Shown: positions 47,150-58,258 of the stretch, piece after piece
How positions within the stretch are numbered: position 1 is the first letter of the stretch
Layout of the letters: each line of letters opens with the position of its first letter
Assembly (NCBI GenBank): GCA_945786935.1
Contig: CALZFY010000002.1
Coordinates: forward strand, 3,502-67,501
DNA length: 64,000 bases
Reading direction: 5' to 3'
DNA from: an uncultured Lachnoclostridium sp.
Lineage (GTDB): Bacteria > Bacillota > Clostridia > Lachnospirales > Lachnospiraceae
Translations under genes and position numbers: made by a program
Notes under the pieces: model-generated
Database searches by the model: none
What the model was told of the DNA's origin: nothing
What the model saw: the letters and a program-made list of their open reading frames with translations, nothing else

Positions 47150-48334
47150 ATGATAAAATTATCAAAATTCTATATATTGCTTTCCTGTACGGCCCTTTGT
47201 ATTTTAGGATGCGGTAAGGAACTATCTGCACCGGAAGAAGAAAAGGAACCTGTGCAGGCGGTGGAAGAATCACAGACAGAGGATAAAGAAGAAAGCATAG
47301 CACAGACTGTAACGGAAGCTGAAAATGACAGAGAACAGCTTCAATCTGATACAAAATATCATCCGATTAAAAAAGGTGCAGTTGATTATCTGTCGGTTGT
47401 AGGAATCAAAGCAGAGCCAGGTACTCAAATTGCCATGATCGGGACTGATTCAAAAAACCAGTTTTGGAATTTGGTGAAAAAAGGCGCACAGGATGCGGTG
47501 GCAGATTTAAATACTTCGCTTGGCTATACGGGAAAGAATAAAATTTCACTTACATTTACCGCACCTAAGAAGGAGGATGTGATCGAGCAGATCAATATTA
47601 TTGATCAGTTTCTGGATAAGGCACCGGATGCATTGTGTATTGCCTTTACAGATGCAAGTGCATGTAAAACTCAGATACAGATGGCAAAAAATGACGGTAT
47701 TAAAATGATTGCCTTTGATACTGCAGATGATGCGCAGTTGACAGAAGCTTTAGTGGCCACCGATAATAAAGCGGCTGCATCAGAAGCGGCAGCTAACTTA
47801 TATGAAAGTATAGGTTTTGAGGGGAAGGTTGCTATTCTCGTGCACAACTCACTGACGCAAACAGGTCAGGATCGTAAACAGGCTATTGTGGATGAACTGG
47901 CAAACAGGTATAATGATAAAAACATCCAGTTTGTAGATATTGTTTATCTGGCACAGGAAGAAAGAAGCTCAGAGGAAATTCTGGACCAGCTGTTGGATAG
48001 AAACCCGGATCTTGCGGGAATCATCTGTACAGATCTCCATACTACAGAGATGGTTATTGATTATGTAAAGAAATTAGAGGAACAGACATTCAACGTAGCC
48101 GGGTTTGATACCAGCGATAAAATTATCAAGGCGGTGGAAGATGGAACATTGATTGGGACTATGTCTCAGGACCCGTATGGCATGGGATATGCCACGATAA
48201 CAACAGCAGTCCGTACAGTGTCAGGACAGGCGAAGTCTTCCAGAATTGAGTCCTGCCATCAGTGGATTGACCAGTCCAACCTGATGTCAGAGGAGGTTCA
48301 GTGTCTTTTGAATCATGACAGTGAAAGTCAATAG
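47150..48334 (+). CDS. second sugar-binding lipoprotein (type I periplasmic binding fold)
   Basis: Lipobox CILGCG, an acidic linker, and a binding-protein core. It has its own upstream TATAAT, and a terminator precedes it. Confidence 0.75.
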   Translation: MIKLSKFYILLSCTALCILGCGKELSAPEEEKEPVQAVEESQTEDKEESIAQTVTEAENDREQLQSDTKYHPIKKGAVDYLSVVGIKAEPGTQIAMIGTDSKNQFWNLVKKGAQDAVADLNTSLGYTGKNKISLTFTAPKKEDVIEQINIIDQFLDKAPDALCIAFTDASACKTQIQMAKNDGIKMIAFDTADDAQLTEALVATDNKAAASEAAANLYESIGFEGKVAILVHNSLTQTGQDRKQAIVDELANRYNDKNIQFVDIVYLAQEERSSEEILDQLLDRNPDLAGIICTDLHTTEMVIDYVKKLEEQTFNVAGFDTSDKIIKAVEDGTLIGTMSQDPYGMGYATITTAVRTVSGQAKSSRIESCHQWIDQSNLMSEEVQCLLNHDSESQ

Positions 48335-48400
48335 TATGTAAAGTAAAAAGTAGCTGTCCGGTATCGGACAGATACAAATAAATTTTAGGGGGATTAAAAA

Positions 48401-48847
48401 ATGTTAAAAGGTATTCCACAAATTTTATCACCAGAATTGTTAAAAGTATTATGTGAAATGGGACACAGCGATCGTCTCGTAATTTCCGATGGAAACTTCC
48501 CGTCAGAATCTATGGGCAAAAATGCGATCGTGATCCGTTGTGATGGACATGGTGTTCCGGAAATTCTGGATGCGATCCTGAAAGTATTCCCACTGGATAC
48601 TTATGTAGAAAAACCGGTGAATCTTATGGAACTGATGCCGGGCGATGTTGGCAAAGTTGCTACTCCAATCTGGGATACTTACAAAGAAATCGTTGCAAAA
48701 TACGATGACAGAGGTGCAGACTGCATCGGAAATATTGAAAGATTCAAATTCTACGATGAAGCAAAAGAAGTATATTGCATCATTGCTACCAGCGAAAAAG
48801 CTCTTTATGCAAACGTTATGTTACAGAAAGGTGTAGTTGTTGAATAA
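48401..48847 (+). CDS. fucU: L-fucose mutarotase (RbsD/FucU family)
   Basis: MLKGIPQILSPELLKVLCEMGHSDRLVISDGNFP is the family N-terminus. Confidence 0.88.
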   Translation: MLKGIPQILSPELLKVLCEMGHSDRLVISDGNFPSESMGKNAIVIRCDGHGVPEILDAILKVFPLDTYVEKPVNLMELMPGDVGKVATPIWDTYKEIVAKYDDRGADCIGNIERFKFYDEAKEVYCIIATSEKALYANVMLQKGVVVE

Positions 48848-48886
48848 TCGGCAGACGAAACACTGATTCTAAAATATGAAAATACA

Positions 48887-48916
48887 AAGGCCTTGCTTTC
48901 TAAGCAAGGCTTTTTG
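48887..48916. terminator. bidirectional terminator between fucU and the TetR gene (overlaps the TetR stop)
   Basis: GCCTTGC / GCAAGGC stem flanked by an A-tract and a T-tract. Confidence 0.7.
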
Positions 48917-49424
48917 TTATGCTGTCGATGACCTGTACAATGTAGTTAATTCCGTATTTTTGATGATATTGCTGATAGACATGAAATCCACCAAGGATGC
49001 GGTAGGTCAAGGAAATATTAAATTCTGCATTTTCTCTGGCAGAGGGTACTTGTCTGAAAATGTATTCCTTTAATTCGCGCTCAATACTTAAAGGCAGAAC
49101 GGAAGATTGGGAACCTGAAAAAAGGATATTGATCAAACTCTGCTGTGCATAAAAAGCATGGAAGAGAGATGAGGTAAATGCGGAGATATCCTGAATGGAG
49201 AGACCAGGCTGTTCCAATCCACTTAGGACATCTTTGATGACTTCTTTTTGGAGTTGATCTGATAAGTCATAGATATCATGGTAATGCAGATAAAAAGTTG
49301 CCTTGCTGATCTGTGCAAGCTCTGAGAGTTCCTTGACGGTAATGCGCTCCAGAGGCTTTTTTGTGCGCAGCTGAATAAAGGCATTCTTGATACTTCTTTT
49401 TGTTTTCTTTTCTCTTAAATCCAT
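48900..49424 (-). CDS. TetR-family transcriptional regulator
   Basis: TetR_N HTH (ITVKELSELAQISKATFYLHY). GGAG precedes ATG 49424. Confidence 0.85.
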   Translation of the reverse strand: MDLREKKTKRSIKNAFIQLRTKKPLERITVKELSELAQISKATFYLHYHDIYDLSDQLQKEVIKDVLSGLEQPGLSIQDISAFTSSLFHAFYAQQSLINILFSGSQSSVLPLSIERELKEYIFRQVPSARENAEFNISLTYRILGGFHVYQQYHQKYGINYIVQVIDSITKSLA

Positions 49425-49770
49425 ATAATTATTTCTCCTATAATTCTTCATTATATTTTTCAAGGGACGCCAGACCAACTTCTGCTCGTACCCGGCTGTC
49501 CTGGCTGTTCATTAAGAAAAATAGTAACGATTCAGCAGTTGCTGTATCTGAAAAGTACTGAACAGATGCATATGAATATTATATAGACAAATATAGATAT
49601 ATGTCAATTATTAGACAAAAGTAAAAATATGAAAATAGAAATTATAAAGAATTGTGCTAATATAACTACAGTAAGTTAATAGACGCCAGTCAATTAATTT
49701 TTAGAACATGAATGCAACTGCTCAAGAGAAGCTATCCCGCAGGGAACAGTATTGTTACAGGAAGTATGGA

Positions 49771-51552
49771 ATGATTGATTTATATGGATTTTATACAGGA
49801 AAGATTTTGAATGCTTACGAATGGATGGGAGCACACGTGCTGCCGGGAGGAACAAAGTTTACCACATTTGCACCGAATGCCAGAGGGGTGGTACTGTTAT
49901 GGAATGGACAGGAAATTTCTATGAATAAGGCACATGACGGAAATTTCTATGAGGTCTATGTGGAAGGAGCCGGGGAAGGGGATTGCTACGAATATCGGAT
50001 CTATGGACAGAATGGAAGTGTGACTGATCACTGTGATCCTTACGGATTTGGAATGCAGTTAAGACCGGATCATAAGTCTGTTATCAGAAATCTGGATGAT
50101 TATCAGTTTCAGGATGAAGTCTGGATGAGAAGCAGAAATGACAGAAAAGGTGAACCTCTTAATATTTATGAACTTCATCTTGGTTCCTGGAGGAGGAAGG
50201 TTGGAGAAACATATGAATGGTACCGGTATGATGAGCTGGCTGAGCCGCTGATTACCTATGTGAAAGAAGCAGGATATAACTATGTGGAATTTCTGCCCTT
50301 AAGCGAGCATCCATGTGATGAGAGCTGGGGCTACCAGAACACCGGATTTTTTTCGCCTACCAGTAGATACGGCACATTAAAGGAATTAAAAATTCTCATT
50401 GACCGGCTGCATCAAAATGGTATCGGAGTCATCCTTGATTTTGTTCCGGTGCATTTTGCCATTGATGATTATAGTCTGGCAAAATATGACGGAAGCTGTC
50501 TTTATGAGTACCCAAGCAATGATGTGGGAGTCAGTGAATGGGGAAGCCATAATTTCATGCATTCCCGTGGAGAGGTTCGAAGCTTTTTGCAGTCTTCTGC
50601 AAATTATTGGCTGAAGGAGTTTCATTTTGACGGTCTTCGTATGGATGCCATCAGCAGAATTATTTACTGGCAAGGAGATGAGCGTCGAGGTGTCAACGGA
50701 AATGCGGTGGAGTTTATCAAGTTCATGAATCAGGAGCTGAAAAGATTAAATCCGGGATGCATTCTGGCGGCAGAGGATTCTACCAATTTTCCAAATGTAA
50801 CAAAGCCTGTGATGGAAGGTGGTCTTGGTTTTGATTATAAATGGGATATGGGCTGGATGCATGATACGTTAGAATATTTTCAGTCCAGTCCTCAGCAACG
50901 GAAAGAAAAATATCACAAGCTTACATTCTCCATGCACTATTTTAGAAATGAAAACTTTCTGCTGCCTTTATCCCATGACGAAGTCGTTCATGGAAAAGCT
51001 ACGATCCTACAGAAAATGAACGGAGACTATGATGTAAAATTTCCTCAGGCAAGAGCCATGTATCTTTACATGATGGTTCATCCGGGAAAGAAATTGAATT
51101 TCATGGGAAATGAAATTGGACAGTTTCGGGAATGGGATGAAAAGCGGGAGCAGGACTGGGAGCTTTTGAAGTATCCGCTGCATGATGCGTTCTATCGCTA
51201 TATGAGGGAACTCAATCATATTTATCTTGATCATACGGCACTTTCCGGAGCTGACTATCAGGAAGATGGTTTTCTGTGGCTAGACTGCCATCAGGAAGAA
51301 AGATGCATTTACACGATCCTGCGACAAGACAAAAAGGAAAAACTGGTGGCAGTATTTAACTTTGGAGATCAGGAGCAGGAGGAGTATCAGGTACAGGTAC
51401 CGGGAGGTAATGAAGCACAAGTGCTGCTTTACAGTGACTGGAACCGCTTTGGAGGAACCACATTACCGGAGGAATCTATCTGTACAATAAAAAATGAAGT
51501 ATTCACATGCAAACTGAGGCCCTTCTCAGGAATGTTAATAAAAGTTGAGTAA
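49771..51552 (+). CDS. glgB: 1,4-alpha-glucan branching enzyme
   Basis: GH13 motifs (DFVPVHF, GLRMDA, AEDST, SHDEV). ATG 49771 (MIDLYGFYTG..., AGGAAG upstream) is preferred over 49708. Confidence 0.9.
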   Translation: MIDLYGFYTGKILNAYEWMGAHVLPGGTKFTTFAPNARGVVLLWNGQEISMNKAHDGNFYEVYVEGAGEGDCYEYRIYGQNGSVTDHCDPYGFGMQLRPDHKSVIRNLDDYQFQDEVWMRSRNDRKGEPLNIYELHLGSWRRKVGETYEWYRYDELAEPLITYVKEAGYNYVEFLPLSEHPCDESWGYQNTGFFSPTSRYGTLKELKILIDRLHQNGIGVILDFVPVHFAIDDYSLAKYDGSCLYEYPSNDVGVSEWGSHNFMHSRGEVRSFLQSSANYWLKEFHFDGLRMDAISRIIYWQGDERRGVNGNAVEFIKFMNQELKRLNPGCILAAEDSTNFPNVTKPVMEGGLGFDYKWDMGWMHDTLEYFQSSPQQRKEKYHKLTFSMHYFRNENFLLPLSHDEVVHGKATILQKMNGDYDVKFPQARAMYLYMMVHPGKKLNFMGNEIGQFREWDEKREQDWELLKYPLHDAFYRYMRELNHIYLDHTALSGADYQEDGFLWLDCHQEERCIYTILRQDKKEKLVAVFNFGDQEQEEYQVQVPGGNEAQVLLYSDWNRFGGTTLPEESICTIKNEVFTCKLRPFSGMLIKVE

Positions 51553-51616
51553 CCTTAAGCTCCATACGACGGATCCTGGCACTTAAGTTAGAGTTATTGG
51601 AATGAAGCCGACAGTA

Positions 51617-51685
51617 ACACTGCAAGTTTTGCAATACAAACAACAAAATAGTGCACTGGAATTATTACCAGAAATCATGTATACT
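51617..51685 (+). promoter_or_regulatory. conserved cis-module plus promoter upstream of the dehydrogenase/amidohydrolase pair (copy B)
   Basis: Same blocks and the same spacing as 33197-33265. Confidence 0.65.
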
Positions 51686-51725
51686 ACCAAGTAGTAGAAA
51701 TTCGTTTTTTAAAGGGGGATAAAAA

Positions 51726-52931
51726 ATGCAGGTGAAAGGAACTTATTTTCAGAATGACAAGGATCATCCATTGGTATATGGGGATGTAAATCTGATCAAT
51801 CCGCCAAGAAGAAGACTTCGTGGTGAGGAAGAAAAAGAAGGTATTTTGGCAGAGAGTGTTATCGTTGGATTCTGTGGAACAGACCATGAGCTGATGCGTA
51901 TGGGCAGGGAAGGACTTCTGGATAAAAAATTCCCGGAAGGACAGAAACGTCTCATTAACGGACATGAAGGTGTGGTATGGGTACCATCCCAGAACCGTTT
52001 TGCCATCGTTTTGATCCGTGGCGGCAATGCATACGATCCGACAAGATATACCGAAGAAGAAACCTATTTTGAATACGGCTGTGATGGGGCAGACGGTCTG
52101 TTCTGTGACCACAACTACTATAATCCGGATATGCTCTTACCGATCCCGGATGAATATGTAAAAGACGGTAAGATTGCATTATCCTTTGCAAAGAAAATGG
52201 TATTTCCGGATCCTTACGGATGTATGGTATTCCAGTTAGAACGTATGGAAGACATGGGAAGTGCCCATAACTTCCGTGTGGAAATGGCAAAACATAAATG
52301 TTCCGAAGAAGAAGCAAGAAAACTTGCCAAAGAACACATTTTTGACAGAACGGTCATCTTTGGTCTTGGTACAACAGGTATGTTCATCGGAGATCTGATC
52401 CGTCAGAACTACCCGGACGCAAAAATCGTGTTTGTTGCAAGAAGTGACAAGGACAGCCCGAAGATTTCTTTTGCACTGGAACAGGCAAAGGCAGATTATG
52501 TACAGAGCTGCTATGACACCAATGAAGAGCTTGCACAGGCAATCATGAAGGAGCTTGGGGGCACAGCGACCACATTTATCGGTACCAGCGGAACTAATGT
52601 AGAGCATGACATTGCATTTAAGTATGGTGTTTTAGGATGCAACGGTATCTACAACAGCTTCTCCTTAGGACCGGTAGTTTCTTTTGATACCATGCCTTTT
52701 GGATTTAAGAATCAGCTGATCCTTTCCTCTATCAATTTCAGACAGGCACATATGGAAAAGGCCATTGGAATTCTTGGAAAGAGCAGATACAACGAGATCG
52801 TAGAGCTCATTGATAAGGAAGAATTTATCAAAGATCCGATCGATGCCTATGAAAACAAGATCTACTGTAAGGGTGCTCCGTTAAAGACCGCAGTGATCTG
52901 GAATGAAAAATACGTGGATTTTGACAGATAA
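51726..52931 (+). CDS. MDR-superfamily Zn-type dehydrogenase (glucose-1-dehydrogenase-like)
   Basis: GFCGTDHE and NGHEGVV zinc-ligand context, with a GLGTTG Rossmann motif. Confidence 0.7.
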   Translation: MQVKGTYFQNDKDHPLVYGDVNLINPPRRRLRGEEEKEGILAESVIVGFCGTDHELMRMGREGLLDKKFPEGQKRLINGHEGVVWVPSQNRFAIVLIRGGNAYDPTRYTEEETYFEYGCDGADGLFCDHNYYNPDMLLPIPDEYVKDGKIALSFAKKMVFPDPYGCMVFQLERMEDMGSAHNFRVEMAKHKCSEEEARKLAKEHIFDRTVIFGLGTTGMFIGDLIRQNYPDAKIVFVARSDKDSPKISFALEQAKADYVQSCYDTNEELAQAIMKELGGTATTFIGTSGTNVEHDIAFKYGVLGCNGIYNSFSLGPVVSFDTMPFGFKNQLILSSINFRQAHMEKAIGILGKSRYNEIVELIDKEEFIKDPIDAYENKIYCKGAPLKTAVIWNEKYVDFDR

Positions 52932-52944
52932 TGAGGTGGATCCA

Positions 52945-53817
52945 ATGATTATAGATGCACATTTACATTTATGGGATAAGCAGCATGGAATGGTAAATGG
53001 AAAGCCTGTGTATGACATCGGCGGCGGAAAAAGTGATTTTGGCGGTGTCGTACGTCAGATGATGCCGGCTTACATGACAGATGGTGTCAACTCTGTGGAA
53101 AGACTGATTGCCAATATGGATTTTGCCCAGGTCAACGGAGCAGTTGTAGTACAGGAGTACATTGATGGAAATCAGGATGAATATTTATTGAAATGTAAGG
53201 AAAAATATTCAGACAGGATCAAAGTGTGCAGCCTCTATGAAGAGCATGACAATTACAGGCTGGATGGCTTCGACGGTATCAAGATCTGCGGCGGAAGACT
53301 GACAAAAGTGAAGCTGGAGGAATTAAGTCCCCTGTTTCATCAGGCGGAAGAAAAGGGAATGTTTGTAGCCATTGACCTGGCAGACGGCGATGCACAGGTA
53401 CCGGCCATGAAACAGCTCATTAAAGAGTGCCCGGATCTTCGTATTGCTATCGGCCATTTTGGAATGGTCACAGTAGAAGGCTGGCAAAAGCAGATCGAGC
53501 TGGCATGTAATCCCAATGTTTACGTGGAAAGCGGTGGTATCACCTGGCTTTTCAATTCCGAGTTTTATCCATATCCGTCAGCAGTAGATGCTATTTTGGA
53601 GGCAAGAGACATCTGCGGTATGGATAAACTGATGTGGGGAAGCGATTATCCACGCACTATGACAGCCATTACTTACCGGATGTCACAGGATTTTATTACG
53701 AAATCAGAGAAAATGAAGGAGGAAGAAAAGAAGAAATTCCTTGGGCTCAACGCGCAGAAATTTTATGGATTCTCCATGCAGGAGCCGCTGCCATATATCG
53801 TACATATGGCGGAGTAA
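52945..53817 (+). CDS. amidohydrolase_2 (COG3618-like) metal-dependent hydrolase, candidate sugar lactonase
   Basis: IIDAHLHLW N-terminal metal motif, GHFG, and WGSDYP. GAGGTGG precedes ATG 52945. Confidence 0.75.
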   Translation: MIIDAHLHLWDKQHGMVNGKPVYDIGGGKSDFGGVVRQMMPAYMTDGVNSVERLIANMDFAQVNGAVVVQEYIDGNQDEYLLKCKEKYSDRIKVCSLYEEHDNYRLDGFDGIKICGGRLTKVKLEELSPLFHQAEEKGMFVAIDLADGDAQVPAMKQLIKECPDLRIAIGHFGMVTVEGWQKQIELACNPNVYVESGGITWLFNSEFYPYPSAVDAILEARDICGMDKLMWGSDYPRTMTAITYRMSQDFITKSEKMKEEEKKKFLGLNAQKFYGFSMQEPLPYIVHMAE

Positions 53818-53820
53818 GGA

Positions 53821-53853
53821 AATTTCCGGTTACTGGAACGAAGTGAAAGTAAC
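53821..53853 (-). repeat. interspersed repeat, short copy after the amidohydrolase gene
   Basis: The minus-strand read GTTACTTTCACTTCGTTCCAGTAACCGGAAATT aligns to the core with one gap. Confidence 0.55.
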
Positions 53854-53963
53854 ATTTACCAATATTTGATATAGATACTTTATATTTTTTTAATGGACTT
53901 TTTAAAACAAATATATTAAAATGTAAAAAGTGTATTTAAAATATTGTTTGTGAGGGACAGGTT

Positions 53964-54194
53964 ATGAAGGGTAGCAAAGGCGTTGCTAAATCGTTAACGA
54001 TGATTTCGCAGGTTGGTATCAGCATGCTTGTTCCTATTTTTTTGTGCTGTATGCTGGGAATGTTTCTGGAAGATAAAACCGGCTGGCCGGCGTTTATCCC
54101 CATGTTTATCCTTGGTGCACTTGCAGGCATGCGAAATGTCTATCTGATGCTGTCTGCGATCTACAAGGAGGATGAGAAGAAAAAAGATGACTAG
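53964..54194 (+). CDS. atpZ: AtpZ/AtpI-family small membrane protein
   Basis: 76 aa with two TM helices. First gene of the atp operon. Confidence 0.7.
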   Translation: MKGSKGVAKSLTMISQVGISMLVPIFLCCMLGMFLEDKTGWPAFIPMFILGALAGMRNVYLMLSAIYKEDEKKKDD

Positions 54195-54690
54195 CTGGAA
54201 AAGAACTTTACTGGAGCTTCTTGCAGGCATTGTGCTTTTCGGAATACTGTTCGAGTGTATCGGACTTGTTTTTGTGAAAGGCAGACTGGCGCATTCTGTC
54301 GGAATGTTCTTGGGTATACTGATTGCCCTGGGTATGGCAACCCATATGGCCTATTCCATCAGCAATGCTCTTGACTGGGATGAGGCGCATGCAAAAACTG
54401 CCATGTGGAAAAGCTATATGATTCGTTATATAGCGGTCGCATTGGCCATGGGAATCATTGCTTATTTTCAAATCGGGAATATCATTTCCTGCTTTTGCGG
54501 GATCATGAGTCTGAAGGCAGCTGCGTATCTGCAGCCTCACCTTCACAGATTTGTTAATAAATATATTTTAAAAATTGAAGAAGAAGGAGGGTGTGTAGAT
54601 GGAATCGTTGATGCCGATGACGATGCCGAGGATGATCTTAGCGACTGGACAGAATGTGGATTTTATGATTCATGGTCTGATCGAATTTGA
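54187..54690 (+). CDS. atpI: ATP synthase protein I with an unusual acidic C-terminal extension
   Basis: Four hydrophobic helices, then the tail DGIVDADDDAEDDLSDWTECGFYDSWSD. Overlaps atpZ by 8 nt and the 5' end of atpB. Confidence 0.65.
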   Translation: MTSWKRTLLELLAGIVLFGILFECIGLVFVKGRLAHSVGMFLGILIALGMATHMAYSISNALDWDEAHAKTAMWKSYMIRYIAVALAMGIIAYFQIGNIISCFCGIMSLKAAAYLQPHLHRFVNKYILKIEEEGGCVDGIVDADDDAEDDLSDWTECGFYDSWSDRI

Positions 54691-55333
54691 GTTATTCGGA
54701 CAAAAGCTGTGGATTACCACCACCCATGTGAGTTTACTCATTGTCATGACACTGATCATTGCGTTCGCACTGCTTGTCAGATCGAAGCTGCAAAGACCGG
54801 AAGAGACACCGGGACTTTTACAAAGCGGTGTAGAGCTTGCCGTTGAAATGCTGGAAAACATGGTAAGTGGCGTCATGGGAACGGATGCAGGAAAATTCAT
54901 CAACTATGTGGGAAGTATTTTCCTGTTTATTCTGGTCAGCAATCTGTCGGGATTGTTTGGTCTTAGACCACCGACTGCGGACTTTGGTGTAACGCTTCCG
55001 CTGGGACTTATGACATTTCTGATCATTCAGTATCAGAATATCAAATGTAATAAGGTTGGAGCATTTACCGGTCTGTTTAAACCGTTGCCGCTCCTGTTCC
55101 CGATTAACTTAATCGGTGAAGTGGCAGTACCGTTTTCTCTGGGACTTCGTCTCTTTGGTAATGTCCTTTCAGGAACGGTAATTATGGCATTATTCTATGG
55201 TTTGGTGCCGATCTTTTTGAAAATTGGTGTGATTCCGGCTGTTTTACACGCATATTTGGACGTGTTCTCCGGATGTATCCAGACATACGTATTTTGTATG
55301 CTCACCATGACTTATGTAAAAGACAAGATGTAA
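54599..55333 (+). CDS. atpB: F0F1 ATP synthase subunit a
   Basis: LGLRLFGNVLSG motif with the essential Arg. GGAGGG lies 7 nt before ATG 54599; later in-frame ATGs are possible. Confidence 0.88.
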   Translation: MESLMPMTMPRMILATGQNVDFMIHGLIEFELFGQKLWITTTHVSLLIVMTLIIAFALLVRSKLQRPEETPGLLQSGVELAVEMLENMVSGVMGTDAGKFINYVGSIFLFILVSNLSGLFGLRPPTADFGVTLPLGLMTFLIIQYQNIKCNKVGAFTGLFKPLPLLFPINLIGEVAVPFSLGLRLFGNVLSGTVIMALFYGLVPIFLKIGVIPAVLHAYLDVFSGCIQTYVFCMLTMTYVKDKM

Positions 55334-55339
55334 TTTTAG

Positions 55340-55618
<279 letters not shown>

Positions 55619-55662
55619 AAAGAACCCGTGTGTGAGACGTAAATTTGAGAGGAGGCGAGACC

Positions 55663-56178
55663 TTGGAGAGACTATTTGGACTTGACGCCCAGCTGATTTT
55701 CGAACTTTGTCTGTCCGCTTTGGCAGTTTTTTGTCTCTTTATGGCTCTGTCCTATATTCTGTTCAACCCTGTACGTGATATGTTAAAGAAGCGTCAGCAG
55801 ATGGTTGCGGAAACAAGAGATACAGCAAATAAAGAAAAAGAAGATGCCGGAAAATTAAAGGCACAGTATGAAGAAAAAATAAAAAACGCAGAAGCTGAGG
55901 CTGAGGAAATCTTAAGCGCTGCCAGAAAACGTGCTCTGAAAAATGAGCGGGCGATTCTGGAAGAGGCGAAGGAAGAGGCTGCCCGTATCATTGCAAATGC
56001 CAATGTTCAGATTGAGCTTGAAAAGAAAAAAGCAATGGATGATCTGAAACAGGAAGTCGTTTCCATTGCAACGATGATGGCTGGCAAGGTAGTAGCTGCT
56101 TCCATTGACGAAAAACTTTCGGATCAGTTACTTTCGGATACTTTAAAAGAAATGGGTGATGACACATGGCGAAGCTAG
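55663..56178 (+). CDS. atpF: F0F1 ATP synthase subunit b
   Basis: One TM helix followed by a long charged coiled coil. TTG start 8 nt after AGGAGG. Confidence 0.85.
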   Translation: MERLFGLDAQLIFELCLSALAVFCLFMALSYILFNPVRDMLKKRQQMVAETRDTANKEKEDAGKLKAQYEEKIKNAEAEAEEILSAARKRALKNERAILEEAKEEAARIIANANVQIELEKKKAMDDLKQEVVSIATMMAGKVVAASIDEKLSDQLLSDTLKEMGDDTWRS

Positions 56179-56714
56179 TATCCAAAACATATGGTGATGC
56201 TTTGTTTGAACTTGCCTTAGAAGAGCAAAAGGAAGATGCTCTTTTAGAAGAGGCAAAGGTGTTTTTGGGAGTCATCAGGAAGGATGATGAGATCATCAGA
56301 TTCATGAAGCATCCTAAAATCGTAAAAGAAGATAAGATGAAAACGGGCAAAGAAATCTTTGATCAGAATTTTTCAAAGGAATTTGCAGGATTTTTAATGG
56401 TTCTGATACAAAAAGACCGTTTTTGTGAAGCAGAAAAAATACTGGAATATTTTATCGCACGCATGAAGGAACATAAAAAAATCGGCGTAGCTCACGTTTC
56501 CACTGCATCCGAATTAAGTGATGCATGGAAGGAAAAGGTAGAAAAGCGCCTCTTAGAGACTACCGATTATGAAACCTTTGAAATGCATTATTCCGTGGAC
56601 GAATCATTACTTGGCGGCATGGTCATCCGCATTGGAGACAGAGTTGTTGATACAAGTATTCAGAATAAGCTTAAGAATTTATCAAAACAGCTTCGCTCCC
56701 TTCATGTGGGTTAA
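56166..56714 (+). CDS. atpH: F0F1 ATP synthase subunit delta
   Basis: OSCP-like protein of 182 aa in the canonical operon position. Confidence 0.85.
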   Translation: MAKLVSKTYGDALFELALEEQKEDALLEEAKVFLGVIRKDDEIIRFMKHPKIVKEDKMKTGKEIFDQNFSKEFAGFLMVLIQKDRFCEAEKILEYFIARMKEHKKIGVAHVSTASELSDAWKEKVEKRLLETTDYETFEMHYSVDESLLGGMVIRIGDRVVDTSIQNKLKNLSKQLRSLHVG

Positions 56715-56736
56715 TGCTGTGAGAAAGAAGGTGTAA

Positions 56737-58245
<1,509 letters not shown>

Positions 58246-58258
58246 GAGGTGACAGACG

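Noticed and set aside
49708-49770. N-terminal extension of glgB from ATG 49708.
   Set aside because: No Shine-Dalgarno site precedes 49708. ATG 49771 has AGGAAG upstream and gives the usual branching-enzyme N-terminus (MIDLYGFYTG...AYEWMGAH).
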